A stretch of DNA of 64,000 nt from Azolla caroliniana (Eukaryota; Plantae; Polypodiophyta). A program made the position numbers and the translations under genes. The stretch lies in the NCBI GenBank assembly GCA_043228905.1, contig JBHGNT010000008.1, positions 20,646,001 to 20,710,000 of the forward strand, in the 5' to 3' direction. Below are positions 24,737-38,200 of the stretch, piece by piece. A model generated the notes under the pieces. It made no database searches, was not told the DNA's origin, and worked only from the letters and a program-made list of their open reading frames with translations. Position 1 is the stretch's first letter. Each line of letters starts with the position of its first letter.

Positions 24737-27626
24737 TCATTGTTCACCCAAATTGTCCAAAATACTTGGTTCAAGAATTTCCACTTGTTCTTCTGGTTGT
24801 GGTTGTTGCGGCTGTGCTTCCTGCTGCTGCTGTGGTTGAGGTTGGGACTGAGGCTGCTCCGGCTGCTCTGCTTGCTGCTGCTGCTCCATTTGTTTCTCTG
24901 GCTCCGGCATCTCCGTTTGACTGCTTCCGGTCCGGTCTCCTTCCAGTAACGGTTCCTCATCACTGAGGTTGACCATAACTGGTTCTCGTTCTTTCTCTCC
25001 CCGGATCCGGGACCTCTCGTAGCTTTCAAACTGGATCTGCGCCTCCAGCCTGTCGTCGTCCAGCTGAGCTACAAGTTGCCGGACTTGCTCTAGTTGGTCC
25101 TCTGCCAAGGCTTGAAAGTCTTCGGCAAGCTCATCTCTTATGCCGGTGAAGTCTTCGGAAGTCAGCATATAGCAATCATCTCCCTCCTTCCGCCGGTTCT
25201 CTACGTCAGCCCGGAGCAACTGGAGTTCCGCCGCGTTCGTGGCCCACTTGGTCCACCATTTGACGGAGCCGTTGTCAATCAAGCTCTTGGTCTGGTTCAA
25301 CCAGGCCCGCATGATATCCTGGATGCGACTTGCTCCCATTTGTGCTCTACTTTCCACCACTTGTCGCTCCTCCTTCAACTGCTTGATGAGATTTGCCGTA
25401 TCCTCCGCCTGCTCTCTGTAGCGCGTCAGCTGCCCTTGATATGTCGTTTGCAGCCTCTACAGTACCTCCGCCGCTCTTTCTTTTTCCGCCTGCTGTTGCC
25501 TGAGGAGCTCTGTCCGAACCTTCTCCGCCTCTTCCAACCGTCTTCTGTTTTCCGCTTATTCCTTGGCGAATGCGGTTGCGGTCCGATCAACTGCTTGCCG
25601 GAGCTCATCCATCCGTTCCTTGTGCTCCGTTTGCAACCGTTTATACTCCCGGTGCAAGTTCTCAAATTCCTCTGTTTTTAGTTTGAGCTTGCCGTTGATC
25701 TGGCGATGGTTCCGGTCTTCCCGGTCCTTTACCTGCCGGAGTTCCTCTTTCAGGCGCTCTACTTCTGTTTCGGCGTTCCTCCGGAGCCTCTCCTTCTCTT
25801 GCAACATTTTCTCCTTTTCCTCCTTGAGCCGGTCGTACGCTTGGTGGCCTTTCCGTAAGCTCTCCTCGGCCCGGCGTAGATTCTCAGCAGTCTTTTTGAG
25901 TTCCGCCTCCGCTGCCGTCTTCAATTCTCTTTCGCGGCTCCTCAGCGCTTCTTGGGCAGCAAGCTCATCCTTTAAATCCGCAAGCTCTTGGGCTTGTGCC
26001 GCATTTCTCTCCGGAACGGTTTCCGTTGCCGGGGTCTGATTGCTATGTACAGGTTGATCTGCCGCTTTATTCTGTACATTGCCCGGAGTCACCGGTGCTT
26101 GGACTTGTGTTGTCAAAGCCACTTGCGCCATTTCCTTTGTGACCCTGTCCAAGTCTTGTTCAAGGCTCCGGATTCTGGACCGGGCCGTCTCTAGATCTAC
26201 GGTTGTGACGAGCAACCGTTCCTGGTGCGCTCTCTCTTCCGCCTCTATATACTCGACCACTCCGGCGATTTGCTCGCCTACCCACCGTAGCCACATGCTA
26301 CTGGTGCCTTGTTGCTGTACTGGTCGGGTCGGCTCATTCCCTGCGGAATTGTCTGGCCTGAGTGCCTGCATATGCCGTTCTGGTTCTACTCCTTGGCCGC
26401 CGTGTGCTCTGGCTGGGCTCGCCTGCTGTTGAGTTCCGGTTCTCGCCGTCTCCGGAGCCGTTGGACTGACTTCTTCTATAGAAGTCGACAAGACCGGTTC
26501 CCTACGCACCGGTTCCGGTTCTTCCCTTGTGGTTTGCTCAGGTTGAGTTGGGGGCGTTTCTGCCTCTCGCGGGTACGACCGCTCCCCTCCTGTCTCGGCG
26601 GTCCTACTTCTTGACCGTCGTTGGAGGTGCTCTTCTGGCTCCTCCGTTTCCTCTTCCTGTGTCACGGCATGTTTCTGTGCCGTCAAGGGTTCCGGTTCCT
26701 TCTGTCCCGGTCTCCGTAAGGTTATCTTGACGGGTCGGACCGGTGACACCTCCTCCGGTTCTGGGACCCGTTTCTTCCCTTTCGTCGCCTTCGACGCCAG
26801 CAGCTGCTGTCGTTTGGACGCCGGCTTCGAGGTGCTTCCTTCCGATACTCTTGGCCGCTTCTTTGGCTGGACGGTCTCTACCGGCGGCACGAGCAATGTT
26901 ATCCATTGAGCTACGGCGTGCCACAGCTTCCGGCCCTCCTTGCCGTCCTTCCCTCGTACCATGTCGATTGCCATGCACAACCCGTCTGCAATCAACACCG
27001 GCCAGTCCACCTTGATCCCTTCATAGGTGGCTATGATCATCCCTGCCCGATTTTTTGGCATGACAGGGGGTCGGGGGTACACGTGACCGTACTCATGGAG
27101 CACTCGAGCTATCTCCCTGAATAGCGGATCTTCGCCGCCCTGCGTCCGATAGCCTTTGCCGGCAACAGAGTACTCACCGAAATATCGGATGAGTTGCTCC
27201 GAGGTTGGGTTATCGATCTGAAAGATTCCTCCCTCCGGAAGGCCTGTTAGCGCGCGGATCGCTTCCTCGGTGATGACCTCCGTGGCGAGCTCCTTGATGA
27301 CCCGGTCGGCTTCTCTGTGCGGCGGTGCCTCCATGATGGCCAAGAACCCCTCCAGTCCGTTTTGCCTGAACCATTTCCTGGCCGCTTCCGACAGCGTTTG
27401 TGGTTCCATGTCTGCTTCAAGGTCGAGGGAAGATGGCGAGGTAGAGTGGTGATGAGAGTGAGAGCGAGAGAGAGAGCGTTCTGAGCGCGGGGGTTCTCTG
27501 CGTGCAAGTTCGCGTTTGCTCAGCTTCCACTGTCTTGGTGCTTCTGTGCTTCTTGGCTCGCGAAATGAAAAGGTCTCCATGCGTTCTGCTTCTTCTTTGT
27601 GCGTTTTGGCGCCTTTTTCGAGCATG
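24737..27626 (-). CDS. G3 ORF3, unknown protein (plant-transposon-type N domain, long coiled coil), frameshifted near 25560
   Basis: ORFs 25556-27709 and 24737-25378 align end to end with G4 ORF3; likely starts ATG 27626 or 27409. Confidence 0.8.
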
Positions 27627-27733
27627 CACACGTCGTGTACCAATTTAGTATTAAGTAGCGTGGCGTCTCTTAAATGCCCACTACGTACCTTTTCGCGCCT
27701 TGCTTTCACACCCGTTCACACCTCGATTTTTAA

Positions 27734-27765
<32 letters not shown>

Positions 27766-27792
27766 TTCAATCTTTAATGACGGTGTGTGACC

Positions 27793-30700
27793 TTACACAT
27801 CCGTAGGTCCCTTCGGACCCTTACCGTTTTCCTTACGGGTTGCCGTGTCTTCCTTCGTCTCTGCTACGGGTTCCCTGTCGTCTTTTTCTTCCGGATCGAT
27901 CCGTACCGATCCCGGACAGGTTCCTGGTGTAGTGCCGGTGAGCTGCATAAACGGGTTCTTTGGCATCGGTCCTTTATAGGGTTTTAGTCGAAATCCGTTT
28001 ACCCACTTGCCTAGTACTTCACCGGCAAGTGTCCCTATCTGATAGGACCCGTTGTATTCCCGTGTCAGCCAATACGGGCCTGTCCATCTGAACCGGAGTT
28101 TACCCAGCATCTTGCCCATCCTCGTTTGGAATACTAGCACCGGCTTTCCGATTTCGAACATCTTTTCGTTACCTTTCCGGTGACGGTCAACGAACGCTTT
28201 CCGTCGTCGTTGCTCCAGTTCCATGTGGAGGATGCTGGCCATCCGTTGCTCCTCCAGTTCGCATAGTGCTGCTAGCCGCATTTCCTCTGACTTCTTTTCA
28301 TTCAGCCGTTCCCGTAGTTGGATCCGTAAGCTTGGTACCTGAAACTCGACCGGCATGACCGCTTCTAAGCCGAATGCTAGCCGGAACGGCGTTGTCCGGA
28401 TACTTGTTTTGTATGCCGTTCGGTACGCCCATAGCGCACTATGGAGCTTTGTGTCCCAGTCCGTCCGGTTTTCATTGACAATTTTGCGGAGAATGTTCTG
28501 CAGCGTTTTGTTGGTGGACTCTGCTAACCCGTTCGCCTGTGGGTAATACGGTGTGCTTCTTTTATGGACCACGGCATAGAACATTGTTAAGCTTTCCACT
28601 ACCTGGCCGAGGAAGTGGCCTCCTTGGTCGCTGATTAATTCAATCGGACATCCATATCGGCACCAAATGTTTTCGTACAGGAATTTTGCTGTGGATGACG
28701 CGGTGTTGTCTCTCAGGGCCTTAGCTTCCACCCATTTAGTGCAATAATCCGTTGCCACGATGACATAACGATTACCCGTTCTCATTGCCGGTGGTTTGAA
28801 CGGTCCGACAAAATCCAACCCCCACTTCTGGAATGGCTCTAGTGGAAGTACCGGGGTGTGTGGCATCCGTGCTTGCTCCGTAGGCTGGCCCATTCGTTGG
28901 CATAGGTCACATTCCTTAGCATACTTGACGGCGTCTTTTAACGTCGTGGGCCACCACAAGCCGCTCTGCCATACTTTCCTCGCCGTCGCTTCCCCGGCAT
29001 AGTGTCCTCCGGCAACCCCACAGTGTGCTTCCCGTAAGATTACTTCTTTCTCGTCACTACGGACTGCCCGTCTCCATATTCCATCTGCTCCTTTGTGGTA
29101 GAGAGTGTCCCGTAACAGACAGAAATTGCGGCTCTGCACCGCCAGTCGTTTCCTCTCGTCCCGGTTCATTTCCTCCGGTGGCAGGCCCGTGCTTAGGAAC
29201 TGGTGCATGTTTGTCAGCCATTTATCTTCTGATGCCACCGTGTCGTTTCCTCTCGTCCCGGTTCATTTCCTCCGGTGGCAGGCCCGTGCTTAGGAACTGG
29301 TGCATGTTTGTCAGCCATTTATCTTCTGATGCCACCGTGTCGTCCGCTGCCGTTTCCGGGGTGATACGGAATAACTCCGCGTCCGGGAATTCATCCGCTA
29401 CTCCGTCGCCTGGTTCTCCGGACTCTAACCGGCTCAGGTAGTCTGCTACGGCATGCTGGATACCGGGCCGGTGGAAAATCTCGAATTCGAACTCCTGCAA
29501 CAGTAAGGTCCAACGGGCCAACTTACCGGTCATGGACGCCTTGGAAACTAAGTAGAGGAGCGCCGAGTGATCCACATGGAAGGAGAACTTCCTTCCCAAT
29601 AGGTAGTGACGAAACTTTGTTACACTGTAGATCATGCCCAGGGCCTCCCGTTCCGTCGTTGAATAGTTCATCTCCGCTTGGGACAGCTTCCGGCTGGCGT
29701 AATATACCGGCCGGTACCATTTAGGCTCCGTAAGTTGCATTAAGGCGCTGCCAATAGCGATGTCGGAAGCGTCCACGAACACATGAAATTCCTTGCTCCA
29801 ATCCGGAGGCTGCACGACGGGTGCTTGCGACAACAGTACCTTTAGGGCATTGTATGCCTTATCCTCCGTATCCGTCCATTGGAACGGTGTCCGATGTACC
29901 GCGGTGTGTAATGGTGTAGCCAAGTCAGCCAAGTGACGGAGCATCCGGCTGTGCCACCGGATCTGTCCTAAGAATCGGCTTAGTGCTTTGGCCGTTTTCG
30001 GCGCCGGTGCCCCTAGTATGGCGTTTACTTTGTCCGGGTCGACCGCAATGCCCTCCTTACTTACAATGTGTCCCAGCAATATTCCACTTGAAACCCCAAA
30101 GATGCATTTTGCTGGGTTTAAGCTTAGCCGGTATAACCTACACTTTTCAAGGCATAACCGTAGGTGCTGCAAATGGTCTTTTCCCCGGCTATAGACTGCA
30201 AAATCATCCAGGAAAACTTGCATGAAGGCAGGAATGTATTCGCCGAAGATCTCCATGATGATTCGCTGGAAAGTTGCTGGTGCCGTTTTTAGGCCGAACA
30301 TCATGACTTCGGCCACAAACACCCCCCATTCGGTGACGAACGCTGTCTTTTCCTGGTCGTCCGGGTGCATCCGGATTTGATTGTACCCGCTGAACCCGTC
30401 TAAAAAGCTATAAACTTCATGACCGGCGACGGCATCCAGTACTCCGTCCGTGAACGGAAGAGGGAATGCATCCGTAATTGTGGCGGCATTTAGTTTCCTG
30501 TAATCAACACACACACGGATTTTACCGTTCTTCTTGGGGACGACGACGATGGGGCTCAACCACGTCGCTTTCTTTACCGGCCGGATGAAGCCCACTCTTA
30601 GGAGTTTGTCGATTTCCTCCTTCACTTTGGCGGCGTAGTTGGGGTTCATTCGGTAACGTCGTTGCGCCACTGGTTTCGCGTCCTTGCCTAGGTGGATCTG

Positions 30701-33700
30701 ATGCTGATATAATTGAGGGTCCAGCCCTCGCATGTCTTCGTATGACCAGGCGAATACGTCGCGAAACTCCGTGAGAAGTTTGATCATCGCCGCTTTATCT
30801 TCCGGCTTCATTTCTTTGGCGATGTGTACCGGCTTTGATTCGTCCTTGCTTCCTAGGTTCACTTCGTCGAGCTGGGATGCTTTTACCCGTTGGGAAACGG
30901 CCATTTCCCGTTCCAACGCTTCCTGTGCTTGCCGTAATTCCCGAATCACATCTTTCTCTGGTTCAGCTTCGGTGTCGTCCCGCTGCGGCAAGTATGGGGC
31001 TACGGCTTCAGCTACGTCAATCTCGAAGAGTGGTACGATCTTCGGGTGTTCCTCCAAGTACTGGGCTTCTTCGTCGTCTGCCAACCCTTCAAGCATGTTC
31101 ACACATTCCGCATACAGCGGTGTGCATTCCTTACCGTTGCTTGTCCGTGGTTGTGTCGGTACCCGGACCTTGGCTTTTCCGCGCCGGAAGGTAATCATAT
31201 TTTTTCGCCAATTTTGCTTGATGTGTGCTGTTTTCAACCATGGTCTGCCCAGCAACAGAGGGTACGCGCCTTGCGCCTGTAGCTGCAGCACTACAGCCGA
31301 GATGTGAAATGTGTGACCTCCTATGGTGACTTCCAATTTCCGTATTAAGCCCGTCGGCCGTACCGAGCTCGTATCCGCCATCCGTAGCCAGAACGGGCAT
31401 GGCTCCCATTCATGTATTCCCAAGGCATCACACGTACGGAGGCTTATTACGTTCACCCCGGAACCTCCAATGATTACGGTGCCGGGAAGTTCGTGCCCTT
31501 TGACAATAGCTGTAATCGCCGGACTACTAGTGTCCACCACCGTCGGTCCCTCCTCCGGATTCGAGAAAAGGACTGGTGCCGGTGGAGCTATACCGTCGGA
31601 CATGACCGTTTTTAGTCCTTCTGTGAATCGCGGCACGAGCTGCAAGAGTCTTCCTAATGGTAACGTGATCTGACATTCTTGTAGTGCTTGCCATGTCTCG
31701 TTTTCTGGGTGGCTACCGCCGGCACTCCCTATGGTCTTCGCCTTTTGCCGTTCCGCGTCCGCGACGTTCCTTTCATTGGCTTCCTTCACCCATTCCGTCG
31801 CCTGTTTTCGTATGGCCTCTTGTGTTTCCCATTCTTTGGCCATGCCTTTCGACCGTGTGGTTACTTGCTGTAAATCCGCCACTTCCGGAACCACCATATT
31901 AACTGCTGGTCGTTTCTCGTAGCTCTTTACCGGGCACTGGTTACTGTAGTGGCCTTCCTGCCTGCAGTAGTAGCAGTACTCTTTACGGGTATTGCTGGAT
32001 TCAGCATTGTTGGTAGCCGGAGTTGGTCCCGTAGCGAGTGGTGCGTTCTGTGCCGGTTGGCTCCTTGGGATTCCATGTTCCGGGTCCCTAGGGTGACCAC
32101 CTTTCTTGAAATTACGTTTCTTATTATTCTTATGTTTATTTCGGTAGTCCGGTCGTGGTGGATCGTAACATCGGCCGTAGTCCTCCTGGTGCCTTCGGTA
32201 ACCAGGGGAATGGTCTCTGTCGTATTGCTCGTGTCGCCTGTTGGGCTCTCGATAACGGTCCGATCGCTCATACCGGTCGTAGTTATCACGCCGATTCCCG
32301 TACCGGCCATCATTCTCTTGCCTGTCTCCGTACCGGACATCCTGTGCCGGTCGGTACCGGTTCATTTTTTGCCAACGATCTTCATCTTCGTCTTGGCTGC
32401 TTCTTGGCTCGATCCGTCGGACGGGTGGTGCTTGTCGGTTTAACAGGTTATACTCGCACCGGTCCGTTGTATGACTCTTGGATTGACAAATCACACACTG
32501 AGTGCGCATGGTGCACTCTACTGCCGAGTGTCCGGCATTCAAGCAGATTGTGCATTGAATTGCCTGCCGGAACCGGAGATCTTCCTCGGTGGGTAACGCC
32601 CGTTGCAGTGTTCCCAGCGTAAGCCATGAGCTCGTCTTTTCCATTTCTCTGACCCGGTCAATGACCTGATCGATGGTGCATCCTCGAAAGTCGATCACCG
32701 TACACACCGTGCGTAACGGTTCCCGGAGTGCGTTTAAAAATATCGTCCGTAATTCCTCCTCCGGGGGTGCACGGGCAAGCTGGCTATGCATCCGTTGGAA
32801 ACGGATGACGAATTGGGGAATGCTTTCCCCTGCCTCCTGCCGGATCGTATAAAACAGGCCCACCATTGTCGTCTGGTCGACCTCCTTGTGGAAAAAATGC
32901 AAGAATTTTGCTTTTAATTCTGCAAATGTTGTGATGGTCGCCGGGTCCTGCGACCGCCGCCATCGTGTCGCTGGTCCCTCCAACGTGACTCCGAATTCCG
33001 CTATCTTCGAGCGTTCTTCTTCCTCCGGTGTCATTCGCTGGGACGTGTGATTTGCTTCCCATGTCTGCTCGAAGTCATCCACATGCGCTTCCGCATCCGG
33101 ATCATCGCGGTACTTTGAGTATTGGAACGGCATGTCGTCGTCCAGTATTAAGCCGCGGTTTAGTGGCGTTTGTTGATATTTCTCCGGTTCTTTCTCCGGT
33201 CCCACTTCCGGTTCTTTTGCCGGTCCTTTTTCCGGCTCTTCTTCCGGTACCTTTGCCGGCTCTTTCGTTGGTGTTGGTGGCTTTGCTTCTTCCACTTCCG
33301 GTGTTGGTGGGTTGACGGCTTCCGTTTGCGGTTCCGGATAGCCCTGGTTGAGCGGTCCCGGTTCTGGAGTCGGCACGGTATCCGACCCGTCGTCTTCCGG
33401 GCCGCCGGGGGTATCGTTGCTGCTCCGGTAGTTCGTGTGCACGCTGTATCCCCCTTCGGAATCTGATTCGTAGGCTGAAAAGGCTTCTGCCTCGTTTTCT
33501 CCGCTTGCCAGCGCCTCCAGGAGTCGTTCGGTTTCCCGGAGACTACTTAGACTGCTTCCGTCGTCCTGGTTGCGAGTTTGCCATAACCGGAGAGATTCCT
33601 CCGCGACTCTCCGGATCGCGTTGGAGAACGAACGATCCGAGCGAATTTCCTGCGCTGCTTGCTGGAAAGTCTCACGCCGTCTTTGCCGTTCGGCGATGCG

Positions 33701-33742
33701 TCGAGCTCGGTCTGTAACCAAGTCGTGCGTTGGTCTAGTCAT
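27793..33742 (-). CDS. G3 gag-pol, broken by a 97-bp duplication
   Basis: Gag, three CCHC knuckles, protease region, RT (FLDD), RNase H (DASD), integrase in ORFs 29222-33742 and 27793-29238. Confidence 0.95.
29145..29343. repeat. Perfect 97-bp tandem duplication
   Basis: Units start at 29145 and 29242; GTCGT microhomology at the ends. Confidence 0.9.
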
Positions 33743-34869
33743 CCATTACCGTCGTTCGCTGCGAGAAAGCAGGAATCGTGGTCGCCAAAACTATGTTATT
33801 CTCTTAGCCGGACAAGGCCTAACACAAGGTGTCACGGAGACACTTCACCAAAGGGTGATTACGGCATAGGATTAAGATTCAACGATTACACCGACTTACA
33901 TAGGTTACACGATTAGAATGCTTCGGTTAATTACACGCGTAAGATATAACAGTAATTACAGAACGGAAATCAAGACAGAAGTACAAACATCATAAGCTCT
34001 ATTAATTATCCGCTCTCCTTACAATGGGGTCCGGGCCTTTAAATAGGTTTCCGGCCCGTAGTACAAAACGGTGCCTCTCGCACCTATTCGGGATCCGTCC
34101 GGATCTGGAACGGCATACCGTTTCCAGTCCGTCCGTCCACACTATGCTTATTTACAACCATATCTAATTAATTCCTTCACTCCGTATTTTGGACTCCTTG
34201 CCGGCCGGTAACACCTCCGAACCGGACGGCATATCGCGCATTATCTTCTCCTTCTTGATTGATGACCCACCCGATTCCGGTTGGGCTCGTATCAACGGTC
34301 ACGTAAATTGGCTTCCCTTCGGCATAGTCGGCCTTCCTTAGTGCCGGAGCTTCAAGAAGCAGTTTCTTCAATCTTCGCATCGCATTTGTGTGCTCGTTTG
34401 CCATTCAAACTTCATTCTTTTCTTTAGTAGTCCATATAACGGTTCAGCAACATGAGCGTAGTGCGGAATCCAGATATGATAAAATGTGCATGCTCCAAGG
34501 AACCTTCTAACCTCCGTTTGATTTTCGCATTCTTCTTTCATGTCTTGCATCGCATTCACTTTGTATGGCGAAGGCTTCCGGCCGTATGCCCCACATAAGT
34601 GACCTACCACCAAGATCTCTGGTTGCCCGAATGCGGATTTTTCTCCCGAAAATGTCAAATTCACATCTTCGAGCCTTTGAAGCACCTTCTTGCAATCTTT
34701 CATATGATCCGCAACGAACTTTCTACAACCTTCCTTATCTTTCGATTCATCTTTCTCCTCATCCGAACATCCTTTTATAGGAATATTATCCAAGAATGGC
34801 ATCATGATGTCCGGGATACAATCCTTCAAGACTTTATTCATGGCATTCACCATATGAGCCACCGAGTGT

Positions 34870-34943
34870 CATGATATGGCAAGACTCGAACCCATGACCT
34901 TAGGTTATATGGGTCGAGCTCTTGACCATTGGACCATCTATTG
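34870..34943 (-). ncRNA. tRNA-derived A/B-box module at start of G5 5' LTR (copy at 45375-45448 in 3' LTR)
   Basis: Minus strand TGGTCCAATGG...AGGTC ATGGGTTCGAGTCT with T8-T54 spacing of 46 nt. Confidence 0.7.
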
Positions 34944-35252
34944 TAATACGTAGGATATTATTTTCATTTACATTTTATTCTAGGAAATTAGTGTATATTC
35001 CAGATTTCTCTGGAACATTCTAGAAGCTTCAGGATTACTCCTGAAAACACTATAAAAGAGGGCACTAGGCATTATGTTGAACCAAATTGGTTCAACGCCA
35101 GTCTTAAGCCTTTTAGCCACCATTGTATATTCTCTTCATATAATAAATATCTTTCTTATCATCACACACACACACACACTCTCTCTCTCTCTTTCTCTCT
35201 CTCTGTCTCGCTCACTTCTTCCTTCTCTCGAAGAAGTTCCACACCACTCATA

Positions 35253-38200
35253 TGTAGAGAAATCGACGCTCCGATTAACCTTCACCACTCGGCCACAACC
35301 GAGTAAGCACGAATCAATGCAGCAGAAAATAGGAACCACAGAGAAAGAACACGAATACACAGGGATTAACGTGGAAAACCCTAGACGGGAAAAACCACGG
35401 GAGTACAAGACTCCAAACCAAAACTATGCACAGAGAAATATACAATGGCGAGCTGCAAGGCGACGACCTTGAGCTCGTTGTCCTCGCCACAGGTGGCGGA
35501 AATACACAGAGGCGTCGACCTCCTCCTCTCTCACGCTCTATCTCTCTCACGGCTGCTCTCTCTTCACTCCTCTTGAGTGGAAAAACAAAAAAATGAGTAG
35601 CAACATTAAAACTGTTTGCCCTAAGTCATATTTATACACATATGACTTTGGGGCTATTTACAACTATAGCCTCAAGGGCCCTTGGCAAACATATTCACAG
35701 ATATGTCCCCGCATCCGGATCTCGCTCCGGGTACATTCGTCATCCGGCTCCGAAACCGGGGTCTTCATCATCCGGTTCCGAAACCGAAACCGGGCTTGTC
35801 GGCATTCATCTCCGATATCCGACCATCCCATCCGAAGGGACCGTAATCCCAACAAACTCCCCCTTCACTTCGGCATGGGATGTCTCTCCAATCCGATCCT
35901 CTTCCGGCATGCTTCCAACTTGTCGGGCGTGAGCACCTTGGTCAGCATATCCGACCCGTTCTCGTCCGTGTGGACCTTCGTCAGCACGAACTCCTTGTCT
36001 TCTATCCTTTCCCGGATCCAGTGATATCTTCGCTGGATGTGCTTCGTCCGGGAGTGATAGGTCGCGTTCTTTGCAAGGTGGATTGCACTCTGACTGTCGC
36101 AGTAGAGTCGGTACTCCTCCTGCCGGATACCGAGCTCTCTAATGAAGTCCTTCATCCATATTATTTCCTTGCCGGCTTCAACAGCCGCCATGTACTCCGC
36201 CTCCGTGGTTGACAACGCAACCGTCTTCTGCAGCCTCGACTGCCATGAAACAGCTCCCCCTGCATACGTCATCACATACCCTGATGTGGACCGGGTGGTA
36301 TCTGCATCAGCCGACATATCCGAATCGGTGAAGCCGTCGAGTTCGGGCTTACCGGAGCCGAATCGGAGGCACACGTTTGCCGTGCCCTTCAGGTATCGGA
36401 GTATCCACTTGGCCGTGTTCCAATGCTCTTTGCCGGGATTGCTCAAGTACCGGCTCACCACTCCGACTGCATATCCTATGTCCGGTCTCATACACACCAT
36501 GGCGTACATCAAGCTCCCGACGGCTGAGGCATACGGCACTTTCATCATATCCTCCTTTTCAGCCTTTGTCTTGGGACTTTGCTTGTTGGACAGCTTGCAG
36601 TTTGCCGGGAGGGTCGATCCGACCGGTCTTGCTTCCGACATGTTGAACCGTTTAAGCACCTTTGTCACGTACTTTTCCTGTGACAGCCACAACTGCTTCT
36701 TGCTCCGGTCCCGGATGATGTGCATCCCTAGTATTTGTCTCGCCGGACCCAAGTCCTTCATTGAGAAGGTTCGGTGAAGAGCCTTCTTCAGCATCCGTAT
36801 CTTGACCAGGTCTCGTCCGACGATCAACATGTCGTCCACGTACAGGAGGAGTATTAGAAAGTCTCCTCCTTCGAACTTCTTCACAAACACGCAGTGGTCG
36901 GACTGCGTTTTGAGGTACCCTTCGTCGGTCATGAAGGAGTCGAACTTCCGGTACCATTGCCGGGGAGCCTGCTTCAGTCCGTAAAGGCTCTTCTTCAACC
37001 GGCATACCAGGTGCTCCTTCCCTTTCTTCTCGAATCCTTCCGGTTGCTGCATGTAGATCTCTTCTTCGAGGTCACCGTGAAGGAATGCCGTCTTCACGTC
37101 CATCTGTTCTACCTCGAGGTCCATGCTTGCCGCTATGCTCAGCACCGTCCGGATGGAGGTCATCTTCACTACCGGGGCAAATATCTCGTCGAAGTCGACG
37201 CCCTTCTTTTGCTGAAACCCCTTCACCACGATCCTGGCTTTGTATCTCGGGGGGTTTCCGGCATCTCCCGGTTTCAGCTTGAACACCCACTTGTTTCGAA
37301 GTGCCCGCTTTCCTTTCGGCAACTCCACAAGTTCATATGTGTGGTTCTCATGCAGGGAATCCATCTCGTCCTGCATGGCATTCAACCACCTGCGGCTCTG
37401 GGTGTCATGCTTTGCTTCTTCAAAGCTCTCCGGCTCCCCCTCGTCGGTTAGCAACAGGTGCTCTGGTTCCGGAAATCTCCGGGGGGCCCTTCTCTCTCTT
37501 AGAGGATATCTCCGTTCCGGAGCTTCGGTAACCGGTTCTTCCGATTCTTCTTCATCCGAATCCATTTCGGGATCGGGGCCGGTTCCGGTATCATTTTCAT
37601 CTTCTTCGGCCGGTTCTGTTTCTTCACCGTCTTCGGCCGGATCCTCGAGTGCTAACCGGTCCCTTGCCGGTCGGGACTGCTCCTCGTAGAGTTGATCCTC
37701 ACCGGTCGACTTGGAGCTCTTCATCTTCTTCTCCGACTCCCAGTCGGCGAGTGTCTTGTTCTCCATGAAGATGATATCACGACTCCGGAATATCTTCTTG
37801 TCGACCGGGTCCCATACTCGGTAGCCGAACTCGTCATCGCCGTAACCGAGGAATATGCATGGCCGAGTCTTTGGATCTAGCTTTCCTCTCCGGTCCTTTG
37901 CCACATGCACGTATGCGAGACACCCGAACACCTTCAGATGCCGGTAAGATACTTCCCTACCGGTCCACACTCTCTGCTGCGTGTCTCCGTCCAAAGGTAC
38001 TAAGGGTGATCTGTTTATCACGTATGTCGCCGTCGACATCGCCTCAGCCCAAAACCCCTTGGGTAATTCTGCATGCGCTAGCATACTCCGGACCCTCTCC
38101 ATTATGGTCCGATTCATCCTCTCGGCCAGCCCGTTCAGTTCCGGCGTCTTCGGCACAGTAAACTCGAGCCGGATTCCCTTCGAGCGACAGTACTCCTGGA

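Larger units (their letters stand above)
24265..34213 (-). mobile_element. Young full-length non-chromoviral gypsy G3 with third ORF
   Basis: 420-bp LTRs 24265-24684 and 33794-34213 with one visible mismatch; TSD CCTCC; PBS TGGCGACCAC (tRNA-Arg-like) a few nt inside the 5' LTR. Confidence 0.97.

Noticed and set aside
24737-27709. Calling ORF3 a retroviral env
   Set aside because: No signal peptide, cleavage site or transmembrane segment visible
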